From Anaerolineae bacterium (GTDB lineage Bacteria; Chloroflexota; Anaerolineae; VGOG01), in NCBI GenBank assembly GCA_049589355.1, contig JBAWAP010000384.1, positions 2,349 through 66,348 of the forward strand: a stretch of DNA of 64,000 nt, in the 5' to 3' direction. The notes below the pieces were generated by a model. That model searched no databases. It was not told where the DNA came from and was given only the letters and a program-made list of their open reading frames with translations. Below are positions 50,697 to 59,354 of the stretch, one piece after another (the first letter of the stretch is position 1; each line of letters begins with the position of its first letter). The position numbers were made by a program, and so were the translations under genes.

Positions 50697-51056
50697 TCAG
50701 CCTTGCGAAGGTTTGAAGGCGAATTCACCTGGAAACGTGCCTGGTGAGCAAAACTGCGTACACCTGCAAGCATGTTTGCAACCTTCGCAAGGCTTGGCTG
50801 AGCAGTCACGCTTGAACAGCAACAAAAAAGGGCCAGCACAACTGAAGTGCTGGTTCTTTTGCACCTTCCACCTTGAGAGACTGGCGGTCAATGGCTGAAG
50901 CTGGCGCCTGATTCTTTTCAACTCACCAGCATCAAGCCAAATGCCAGCACACGCAGCACACTCGCCAGATTCCTCCGCAACCACCCTGGCATACATCAAC
51001 AACCACATCGTCTACCACCATCTCCGTCAGTCGAGTATCACAGGCCGGGCATTTCA
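50697..51056 (-). pseudogene. Frameshifted TFIIB-type zinc-ribbon protein gene
   Basis: MKCPACDTRLTEMVVDDVVVDVCQGGCGGIW in one frame and ...CAGIWLDAGELKRIRRQ in the next; a ~28-nt near-duplication separates them. Confidence 0.35.
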
Positions 51057-51213
51057 TTCATCTACCTCCTTCTGTGGAATACGGCCGTAGCAAGTCCACC
51101 TAGCGAAAAAGCTCAGGCGCGCCGTGCCCATCAATTCAACGTGCCCCACAAAGCCAAATCGTGGCGCGATACAAGGCCGCGAAGCGGCGTCGCCTGCAGC
51201 GAGAGCTAGCGCG

Positions 51214-51762
51214 CTAACGCTGCTTGATGGGGCCTGGGCGGTGCTCCTCACGCCCATCCACGTACACCGCCACCCACTGTGCCAGCCGCTTCCCCAACCG
51301 CCGGCAGGCGGCGATCTCTTCCTCGCGCTTCGGCTCACGGGCCACGACGGCCCCGTGGTGTAGCGTGAACGCCTCGCCGACGTAATCGGGGACGCCGAAC
51401 ACGAGAAAGCCAAAGTTCATCAGCATGATGTACAGCGAAAGGCAGGTCAGCTCCGCGCCGCCGCCCCACCCGCCCGAGGAGGAAAAGGCACACGCGATCT
51501 TGCCATCTACCTTGCCCCACGCTTTCGGCACGACCTCATCCCAGAAGCGCTTCATGCGCCACGACACGATGCCCACGTAAGTGGGGCTGCCCACCGCCAG
51601 CCCGTCACACCAGAAGACATCATCTGCAGATGCCTCGTCCACCGAAAGAAGCCGCACCTCGGTGCCCTCCACCTCCTCCGCTCCCTGGGCGACATAGTCG
51701 GCCATTTTGGCAGTGTTGCCGGTCTTGCTATCGTACAACACCAACACGTTTCCCACGTTCAC
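51214..51762 (-). CDS. Flavodoxin-fold NAD(P)H-dependent FMN reductase (WrbA-like)
   Basis: VLVLYDSKTGNTAKMA flavodoxin signature. Confidence 0.8.
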   Translation of the reverse strand: MNVGNVLVLYDSKTGNTAKMADYVAQGAEEVEGTEVRLLSVDEASADDVFWCDGLAVGSPTYVGIVSWRMKRFWDEVVPKAWGKVDGKIACAFSSSGGWGGGAELTCLSLYIMLMNFGFLVFGVPDYVGEAFTLHHGAVVAREPKREEEIAACRRLGKRLAQWVAVYVDGREEHRPGPIKQR

Positions 51763-51938
51763 CTCCCCACCTTCCCGAAAGCTAAAAATCGTAAAAGTGG
51801 AAGAAACCTGATGATGGGCCTATCGTTCTCCTCGGCCCACGCCGCGACCCCATCGAGATCCGCGGAGTGCCGTCCAGATTGGGAACCCCCAAAGAGCCTT
51901 TCTGTCCTACGCGCTACCACCTGACGCCTGGATGTCTC

Positions 51939-52223
51939 CTATCCCCCTTCGATCAGCTTGTCGAACTCCTCCACGGTCACGGCTGGCGCTGTCGTGAATG
52001 AGATCCCCAGCAGCTTGGTCAGCTCAACAGAGGCCTTCATCGCCTCCTTCACGCCCGGGAAGTCCACAATGAGAACCAGGTCTGTTTCCCCGAGCAGAGC
52101 GTACCCAGCTTTGATCTCTCCGCCACAGTCCCCAACGATAGCGGTGGCGTTCTTTGTCCGTTCGGCGCTGATCTCCTTCAACGCGTCGATCGAATACTTG
52201 CCAAACATGAAAAACGTAGGCAT
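51939..52223 (-). CDS. GYD domain protein
   Basis: 94 aa, MPTFFMFGKYS...GYALLGETDLVLIVDFP pattern. Confidence 0.8.
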   Translation of the reverse strand: MPTFFMFGKYSIDALKEISAERTKNATAIVGDCGGEIKAGYALLGETDLVLIVDFPGVKEAMKASVELTKLLGISFTTAPAVTVEEFDKLIEGG

Positions 52224-52559
52224 GTCACTCCCTCCTTTCCGTATGTGCGCTGTTTGTCGCCCTACATGACAGCTCTTTGGGATTTCCCGTGGTGAGACCT
52301 AATTTGAAGAACGATCAAGCCTCCTAAACCTAGCGCCGCCCAACGCCCGGCATCACCCGCTCGGCGCGACAGTCGAGAAAAGACACACCGGAGACCGATA
52401 GCCTGCTGGCTTTGGGCGCCCGTTGGTAAGGCGCGGAGCGCCGAGTCGGGTGCAAGTCGTGGTTGGGCGGCCTTTTGGGTCTTGTGTGGGAATTACACGG
52501 TTTCCTTCCTGCTGTTCATCACCACCCAGCCGAGCACGGCGAGGCGAAGCAAGGGTTCT

Positions 52560-53501
52560 TTATCTGTGTTGTTCAAGCCATTCCAGAATGGCGCGAACAC
52601 TGCCGCTGGCCAGGGCAATGCTCGTATCCGCCGCGCCATAATACAGGTGGATCGTGTCGCCATCAGGAGCAATTGTGTAGCCGCAAGGAAAGACGACGTT
52701 GTCCACATCCCCGAGCCGCTCATAGGGTTCTTCCGGGCCAAAGATCCACTCGTTGCTGCGTTTTAGGCAACGCTCCGGTGTGTGCAAATCAAACAGCGCT
52801 AGTCCCTGCCGGTAAATGGAGCCGGCTGCGTTTTGTCGCACTCCGTGGTAGATCACCAGCCAACCTTGCGGAGTTTCGATGGGCGGGGGCGAGAGTCCAA
52901 TTTTGTTCGCGTCCCACCACCCACCCAGTCGGGCTTCCAGCATCAACTTGGGACTGCCCCAGTGGCGCAAGTTGGAGGAGTAAGAGATCCACATATGCGC
53001 GCCGCGCGAACTGACCGGGCGGTGGATCAAAGCCCAATTTCCGTCAATCCGATGAGGCAGGAGAGCTGCGTCTTTATCTTCCGGCTGCATGATCAAACCA
53101 TAGCGCTCGAACTGGTGGAAATCTTCCGTGAGCGCCAGGGCCACGCCTGGGCCGTCGCGCGTGTAGGCGGTGTAAACGACGGCATACTGGCTTAATTCGG
53201 GGACGTAGGTGATACGTGGGTCTTCAATGCCCCACAATTCTTCCGGGAAGCGCTCAGGATCTGCCGGTAAGGTGGGCCGGGAATCGATCTTCCAGTCGTC
53301 CACACCATTGGCAGAGCGGGCAGCGCATAGGTGGGAATGCCCGCGTCGGTCTTCCACACGGCACAAGAGCAGGGTGGTTCCATCGGCCAATAATGTCGCG
53401 CCAGGGTTGAACACGCTACTCACCGGATAAGGCCAACCAGCGGCGGTCAGGATAGGGTTGAGTTTGTGGCGAAGAAAGAGTTCGCGACGTTGATCGCTCA
53501 T
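52560..53501 (-). CDS. Glycoside hydrolase family 130 (beta-mannoside phosphorylase-like)
   Basis: LNPILT...FNPGA...IEDPRITYV...HWG motifs of GH130 beta-propeller. Confidence 0.85.
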   Translation of the reverse strand: MSDQRRELFLRHKLNPILTAAGWPYPVSSVFNPGATLLADGTTLLLCRVEDRRGHSHLCAARSANGVDDWKIDSRPTLPADPERFPEELWGIEDPRITYVPELSQYAVVYTAYTRDGPGVALALTEDFHQFERYGLIMQPEDKDAALLPHRIDGNWALIHRPVSSRGAHMWISYSSNLRHWGSPKLMLEARLGGWWDANKIGLSPPPIETPQGWLVIYHGVRQNAAGSIYRQGLALFDLHTPERCLKRSNEWIFGPEEPYERLGDVDNVVFPCGYTIAPDGDTIHLYYGAADTSIALASGSVRAILEWLEQHR

Positions 53502-55807
53502 CGTGATCCTACCTCAGCAGATAGAAGGGGATTTTCAGCCAGCCGCAGTTCCAGCAAGGCTTGGAGAAAGGCCAGCGTCGACTCCGCGCCCTGATTCTCG
53601 TTAGGGCGGTCAGGATGCAAACCGTCCCGGCAGCCCCCCGTAGTCGGGTCGTAAACCGGGAGGTTCAGGTCGTTGCGCCCGAGGAACCACTCGAAGGCGC
53701 GGCGGGCTTCCTTACGCCAGCGCTTATCGCCCGTGATCCGGTAGGCTTCGAGACAGGCAGAGACCATCGCTTGCGCCTCCACCGGCTGTTGATCGAACCG
53801 GGCCCGCTCACCATTTCGTTGATAAAAGCCGTTGGATCCGATAGGCACAAAATGCCCCGCGTCCGCGCGCTGCAGGTCGGCCAGCCAACAGAGCGCCTCT
53901 AGTCCGGCTTCGGTCATGGTGGCATTCGGTATCGATTGGCCACACGTGAGCAACGCATGCGGTAGCGCGGCGTTGCAATAGGTCAGCCGGTCTTCATACC
54001 AGCGCCATTCATCCGAGCGGTGGCTTTGATACAACGTCAGCAGCCGCCCGGACAATTCCTCCCGGACTTGGCTAGCCCTGCGGTCACCGGCAAAGCGTTG
54101 CAGGTATTCGTGGATGCCGATCAGCGCGAAAGCCCAGGCGCGTGGGCTGGTCGTGTTGACAATAGCGGGCAAGGCCTGCTCGAAAACCCGGCCAGCCATA
54201 CTTTGCAGGGCCGGCGTGTTCGAGCGGCCCAACACGGTGCCCAACGCCCACAACGTGCGGCCATGGCTGTCGTCGGAACCGCCAACTTCCAGCCAGTGGC
54301 GCTGGTAATCCATAGAGTTACGGAAGCGTCCGGTTTCAGTATTGAAGGCATACCAGATAAAAGCAAGATAGCGGGATGCCAGATCGAGAGCCTCTTTGTT
54401 GCCGAGCGACTCGAGGAGCGCGCTCACCATGAGCGCGCGGGCATTGTCGTCGGTGGTGTAACCTTCGCGATAGTTGGGGATCGCGAAAATGGCGTGTTGC
54501 AGTATGCCGGTCTCGTCTGTCATATGGTGCAAGTGGTCCAGTTTGAGAGGCGGCAATTCGCCCGGACGTTTGTCTAATGGTTTAACTGCGAAGTCCGGAT
54601 GAGCAAAATGACGGCGCTCCGCTCGAGCGCGTTTGAAACTCTCCATATAGCGGCTCGCTACCTGCGGCCAGATCATCTCTCGCCCAAACACATAGGCCCG
54701 CTTGCGCATGGCGTGGCGCTGGGCATCGTTGTCTAAAAGGTTAATCACCTGATCGGCCAGCGCCACCGGATCCCGGAACGGCACCAGCGCTCCCCGTCCT
54801 TCGGCTAGCATCTCTTCCGCATACCAATATGGTGTTGAAATGACCGCCTTGCCTGCCCCTACAGTGTAAGCGAGCGTACCCGAGACGATCTGCGCCGCGT
54901 TGAGATACGGTGTGATGTAAATGTCCGCCGCGCTGATGAACTGAACGAGCTCTTCCAAACTAACAAAGCGGTTATAGAAAATCACCTGACCTTCTACGCC
55001 TTTCTCCTGAGCCAGCCATTGCAGGGACAGCCGGTACGTTTCGCCTTCATTCCGGACTACGTGGGGGTGGGTCGCGCCGAGGATGATGTACACCACGTTT
55101 GGGTGTCGGGCTAAAATAGCGGGCAGGGCGGCGATGACATTTTCGATCCCTTTGTTCGCCGAGAGCAAGCCGAAGCTAAGTAAGACGATTTTGCCCTCGA
55201 CTCCAAACAGGTCTTTGTGAAAACTCGGGTCTACAAAGGGCACATCAGGGATGCCGTGGGGGATCAGATCAATCTTCTCCGGCAGCACACCATAGACCTC
55301 GTGCAAGAATTTCGCGCCGCGCTCACTCATGACGACCAACCGATCGGATAGGGCCGCCACCTCTTCCAGCACCCGGCGCTGGTCGGGGTCGGGGTCGCGC
55401 AGAATGGTGTGCAGGGTGGTGACGATGGGCATGCGCAATTCACGTAAGAGGGCCAGGATGTGACTGCCCGCCCGCCCGCCGAAGATGCCATACTCGTGTT
55501 GCAGGCACACCAGGTCAACGTTGTTGATATTCAAAAAGTCGGCGGCGCGGCGATAAGAATCAATATCCTTCTCGGTGAGTTCAAACCGAACGCGGGGCGG
55601 ATAGGCGTAGCCGGCCTCGGTGTCATTGACGGGCAGGGCGAGGCAGGTTGTGTCGCCGTATTCGGCGGCGACGGCCTCACACAGGTCGGTAGTGAACGTG
55701 GCGATGCCGCACTGGCGCGGCGAGTAGTTGCCGATGAAGCCAATGCGGTTGATGGTTGAAGCGCTTGAGCTATGCTCCATGACGAACATCTCTTTTCTAG
55801 CAACCAC
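53498..55807 (-). CDS. GT4-family glycosyltransferase fused to a C-terminal alpha/alpha-barrel (six-hairpin glycosidase-like) domain
   Basis: N-terminal GT-B fold (~400 aa) and ~350-aa helical C-terminus. 4-nt overlap with the GH130 gene. Confidence 0.75.
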   Translation of the reverse strand: MVARKEMFVMEHSSSASTINRIGFIGNYSPRQCGIATFTTDLCEAVAAEYGDTTCLALPVNDTEAGYAYPPRVRFELTEKDIDSYRRAADFLNINNVDLVCLQHEYGIFGGRAGSHILALLRELRMPIVTTLHTILRDPDPDQRRVLEEVAALSDRLVVMSERGAKFLHEVYGVLPEKIDLIPHGIPDVPFVDPSFHKDLFGVEGKIVLLSFGLLSANKGIENVIAALPAILARHPNVVYIILGATHPHVVRNEGETYRLSLQWLAQEKGVEGQVIFYNRFVSLEELVQFISAADIYITPYLNAAQIVSGTLAYTVGAGKAVISTPYWYAEEMLAEGRGALVPFRDPVALADQVINLLDNDAQRHAMRKRAYVFGREMIWPQVASRYMESFKRARAERRHFAHPDFAVKPLDKRPGELPPLKLDHLHHMTDETGILQHAIFAIPNYREGYTTDDNARALMVSALLESLGNKEALDLASRYLAFIWYAFNTETGRFRNSMDYQRHWLEVGGSDDSHGRTLWALGTVLGRSNTPALQSMAGRVFEQALPAIVNTTSPRAWAFALIGIHEYLQRFAGDRRASQVREELSGRLLTLYQSHRSDEWRWYEDRLTYCNAALPHALLTCGQSIPNATMTEAGLEALCWLADLQRADAGHFVPIGSNGFYQRNGERARFDQQPVEAQAMVSACLEAYRITGDKRWRKEARRAFEWFLGRNDLNLPVYDPTTGGCRDGLHPDRPNENQGAESTLAFLQALLELRLAENPLLSAEVGSR

Positions 55808-56057
55808 CCTCTTTTTTCGTTGCCTCTTGGCTCATTAACGCAAAGAGGCGGTTGCCCTAGTGACAGCCTCTGCCATACCCAGAAAAGATTGGGGCCGAGT
55901 GTTTTCTGTGTGGAAGGTGAGCCGGCAATGATTACATCGTCAATCATTATACCAGACGGTTAGGGTTAATCTTAATCTGCTCTCCTTGCTCAAGTTGCTG
56001 AGATAGATTCAATCAGTAAACGACATTGTCTGAGATGTTGCCATTGTGCGAAGTGCC

Positions 56058-56165
56058 CGCCCAACGATCAAGCTGAGCCACGCCGGGCCGAGGACTCGGG
56101 ACAACCCGCGACTTCTCGGCAAACTGAAGACGCCAACCGGCGTTGGCTCCAGCGATTTTGTTAGG
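56058..56165 (-). repeat. attC site (cassette 4, distal end of array)
   Basis: Minus-strand GCCTAAC overlapping the ORF stop ... GTTGGGC; internal complementary arms. Confidence 0.6.
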
Positions 56166-56631
56166 CGTCATGTGTCGGAACAAGCTCATGGACGAACTCC
56201 TCTGGTGAAGATGGTGACACGACCACGGTGCGTCCTGTGTATCGCAAAACCACAGTTCGGCGCAGGTCAGTAACAAAGGCTCGGTAAACGCCCAAAAGCT
56301 TGCTCCAGTAAAACCCTGTAATAGAAAAGAATCCGCCGTTGCCACAACGGATGCTCCAACGCATCACTCGCGGCTGAAACTGCGCAGACTGCAAGCCGGC
56401 AAGTGGCAGCCGCGTTGCCCAGAACAAACGATGAATCAAGATGGCATCGGGAGTGACCGTGTATCCACGAATGGTGAAGAGCGCGCAACCGAGAATCAAT
56501 GCCAGCAACAGCAGTCCGAACAACGTGTGGCTCTGCATAAATGCTTCATATGCGATGCCCAGGCACAAGACCGTGAGCAGTGATGATACAACGATGAGCG
56601 GAATACCCCAGTGTGCTTTGTAGTGTTTCAT
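56161..56631 (-). CDS. PH-domain (bPH_2/YdbS-like) membrane protein, integron cassette 4
   Basis: Two N-terminal TM helices then bacterial PH domain. Confidence 0.55.
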   Translation of the reverse strand: MKHYKAHWGIPLIVVSSLLTVLCLGIAYEAFMQSHTLFGLLLLALILGCALFTIRGYTVTPDAILIHRLFWATRLPLAGLQSAQFQPRVMRWSIRCGNGGFFSITGFYWSKLLGVYRAFVTDLRRTVVLRYTGRTVVVSPSSPEEFVHELVPTHDA

Positions 56632-56653
56632 AATTGTGTGGTGTGTTGAATGA

Positions 56654-56752
56654 CGCCTAACGGCCTCGAGCTGAGCCGCCCGGCCAGCCAAGGCTAGTAT
56701 CGCGCGAGAGCCAAGACCTGGCTGGCCGGGTCGGCTCCAGCGAGTTGTTAGG
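56654..56752 (-). repeat. attC site (cassette 3)
   Basis: GCCTAAC-...CTCGAGCTGAGCC/GGCTCCAGCGAG, GCCGCCCGGCCAGCC/GGCTGGCCGGGTCGGC paired arms...-GTTAGGC; 99 bp. Confidence 0.7.
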
Positions 56753-56800
56753 CAGACTTCTGCCCATGATCATGGTCCCCGACTTAAAATAATCCCCGCC

Positions 56801-57982
56801 CTAATCGGGAGAGTCAATTTGATTTCGAATTGCTTCAGCAGTTAAGAAAGCGGCGTTCCATCCACCGAGGCTGGTTTCGCGCAACTCTGACGCGATGCTT
56901 GTCTTATCCAATCCATGGGTCATGAGATTCTTTGTCAGACCAAATCCAATCCTACGACCGGGGTCTGCGAATCCCAATGATCCTCCTGCGCCTGTATGAC
57001 CAAATTCATTACCCGATGTACCCATAGGTATGATCCCACCCCGGCTGACGTCACCTCCAAGAAAATAGCCAAGTGCCTTACGAACCCTATAACCAAGCAC
57101 CTCATCGCGAGCATCGGTCTGTAGGGTTCGAATTACATCGACCTGCTCGGATGAGAGGATTCGAACTCCGTCAAGCTCTCCGTGGGACGCCAACATCGCG
57201 AAGTGACGGGCAATAGCGCGCGCATTCATAATGCCCCCCGCTGCGGGAATTGAGGCTCGGCGCACGTCGGGCCGATTGAGGACCTCAACGTTGGACACAT
57301 GGGCTGGTATCGCCCTTGAAAGGAGTTCGGTCGGCTCAGATGTCACCCCCTCGGGTAGCGGTTCTCGAGAAAGCGGTGCAATGCGGGTTTCAACATCATC
57401 AGGAATGCCTAGGTAGAAGTCTTCAATACCCAAAGGATGACAGAGTTCTTCTTGAGCAAACTGCGCAATAGATCGGCCATCGATCCGGCGAATTAGCTCA
57501 CCCACAATCCAACCGAAAGTGAAAGCGTGATATCCCGTCTTAGTACCAGGTGCCCATAATGGCTCAAGCTTAGCTATGGCTGTACACATGGCCCCCCAGT
57601 CGGTCATCATCTCAGGTGTCACACCTTTCGGCATTTGTGGTATGCCTGCCGTATGAGTCAGTACATGGCGAACTGTGATCGCATCTTTTCCATTCGCGGA
57701 GAATCCAGGCCAATAGATCGCAATTGGCTGGTCGTAGTCGATAGATCCACGATCAGCCAAAATATGAAGACAGGTTGAGGCAAAACCTTTGGTAACTGAC
57801 CAGGAGGTGAAGAGTGTATTCCCGTCAATAGGCTGTCCGGTAGTTACGTCAGCAATCCCAGACCAAGCATCTACAACGAGTTCACCGTTTATGTACGCTG
57901 CTACTTGCAAACCAAGCTCTTTACCTGTGGTGACCAAATCAATAAGAATACCCTGCACTTGTTCATTCAAATCGTTCTGCAT
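56801..57982 (-). CDS. Beta-lactamase-fold serine hydrolase (class C/EstB-like), integron cassette 3
   Basis: SWSVTKGF S-x-x-K motif. Confidence 0.8.
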   Translation of the reverse strand: MQNDLNEQVQGILIDLVTTGKELGLQVAAYINGELVVDAWSGIADVTTGQPIDGNTLFTSWSVTKGFASTCLHILADRGSIDYDQPIAIYWPGFSANGKDAITVRHVLTHTAGIPQMPKGVTPEMMTDWGAMCTAIAKLEPLWAPGTKTGYHAFTFGWIVGELIRRIDGRSIAQFAQEELCHPLGIEDFYLGIPDDVETRIAPLSREPLPEGVTSEPTELLSRAIPAHVSNVEVLNRPDVRRASIPAAGGIMNARAIARHFAMLASHGELDGVRILSSEQVDVIRTLQTDARDEVLGYRVRKALGYFLGGDVSRGGIIPMGTSGNEFGHTGAGGSLGFADPGRRIGFGLTKNLMTHGLDKTSIASELRETSLGGWNAAFLTAEAIRNQIDSPD

Positions 57983-58010
57983 AGCTGGACTGCTTCTTTC
58001 GTTTCAGTCT

Positions 58011-58165
58011 GCCTAACGGCGCGGACGCGCAGCGTCCGCGCTAACGGAATGGCTCAGCGGCAGCGGCGGGACAGGCAAGACGCCTTCTCGATTATCGCGT
58101 ATTTCTGGCAAAACGCGCCTGCACGCGAGCGGCGCAGCCGCTGTCCGCTGGAGCCGGTGTTGGGT
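58011..58165 (-). repeat. attC site (cassette 2), ~155 bp
   Basis: Minus-strand ACCCAAC ... GTTAGGC located 29 nt upstream of the serine-hydrolase ATG; internal perfect 10-bp inverted repeat GCGCGGACGC/GCGTCCGCGC. Confidence 0.55.
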
Positions 58166-58190
58166 GCGCATTTGGTTATTGAATACTGAC

Positions 58191-59192
58191 CTATGAGTTG
58201 GTTTCAGCATCTTCATCTTCCTTGTCCACAATTCCCATACGCTCAGTTCGAGCCAAAGCTTTTCGGATTTCAACGTATTTCTGTGTGTCACCTTTTGCGC
58301 TTGCCAAAAGCAGAGTCATCATGGGGTTGCCCGACTTCTCTATTTCCTCAGCGTGCTTTAGAACAAATTTGTCAAGTTCTTTATGCCAGCCTAGTTCTTG
58401 GAGTGCGCGAATCTGCCACCATAAATCGCCTTCATCAGCAGATTGTCTAAGGGCAAGAATAAACAGCTCATCCAAGAGACCTTCTTCTACAAACTCTTTC
58501 AAGTAGAAAGCGGCTGAAAAATACCGGTTATCTTGAAGCGACTTGTTAATGCCGAGAATATAATCCGATATAGCTTCGCGAGTCTTGCCTAGACCCTTAT
58601 AGAACCGCGCTCGTTGAAGCCAGTCCTTGTCTTGGGTGTATCTCATTACTTCACGTTCAATAACTTCGGCTGGTATAAGGTCGGGCTTGCCTTGCATACT
58701 TCTCAGGAAGCAGATTGTTTGGTCGTGGGGGTCTTGTTTAATTGCTAATTCAATATATTTATCCCGCAACTCGATATTGCCAATAGAATGATAGTGCATT
58801 GCCAATAATTCGTATTCTTGATTCTCTCGATAGATTTCTGCGACTGTAGTTACCAATTCGACATTATAACTATCGTCGCCTTCAAGGACCTCATATTTTT
58901 TATAGTTTGCACGTTGTTGTGCTACAAGTCGAAGCCAATCATCGCGATAGAGGATGACTTGGTCTGCGTCAAGCTTCCTATCAAAGCCGCCACTAATTTG
59001 TGTTTCACGATGACAGTCAAAGCATAGGACAGCAAGATTTTTTAGGTCGTAGTTGCTTGGTTCTTCGTCGATGTGATGTATCTGAACGGGCTTGCCACGA
59101 ACACGGCAGACACAGCATACGCGGTCCGAGAGAAACAAGACACGCGCCGCAATATCATCGGGTATTGGTTCTTTTATCTTCTTCTTCGCCAT
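58191..59192 (-). CDS. HNH-nuclease-motif protein fused to alpha-helical repeat domain, integron cassette 2
   Basis: CCVCRVRGKPVQIHHIDEEPSNYDLKNLAVLCFDCH (C-x2-C...HH...N...C-x2-C-H). Confidence 0.5.
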   Translation of the reverse strand: MAKKKIKEPIPDDIAARVLFLSDRVCCVCRVRGKPVQIHHIDEEPSNYDLKNLAVLCFDCHRETQISGGFDRKLDADQVILYRDDWLRLVAQQRANYKKYEVLEGDDSYNVELVTTVAEIYRENQEYELLAMHYHSIGNIELRDKYIELAIKQDPHDQTICFLRSMQGKPDLIPAEVIEREVMRYTQDKDWLQRARFYKGLGKTREAISDYILGINKSLQDNRYFSAAFYLKEFVEEGLLDELFILALRQSADEGDLWWQIRALQELGWHKELDKFVLKHAEEIEKSGNPMMTLLLASAKGDTQKYVEIRKALARTERMGIVDKEDEDAETNS

Positions 59193-59248
59193 ATGCAAAA
59201 GCTCAAATCGTTACAAATGGAAGCGCCCGACTGCGGCGAGGAACGCCT

Positions 59249-59323
59249 GCCTACCAAAACGTAACACAGACGAAGAACGTTTGAAAAAAGCCGCGTGAGG
59301 GCGTCGGCTGCACGCAATGTTAG
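59249..59323 (-). repeat. attC site (cassette 1)
   Basis: GCCTAACATTGCGTGCAGCCGACGCC... closely resembles class-1 style attC left end; right boundary degenerate (GGTAGGC) and may extend to ~59215. Confidence 0.5.
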
Positions 59324-59354
59324 GCGCGGCACTGATGCGTAAAGATTTCCCGAT

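Noticed and set aside
51054-51413. ORFs 51054-51413 and 51335-51520 on the minus strand
   Set aside because: They overlap the well-supported flavodoxin gene in other frames and have low-complexity Arg/Gly-rich composition.
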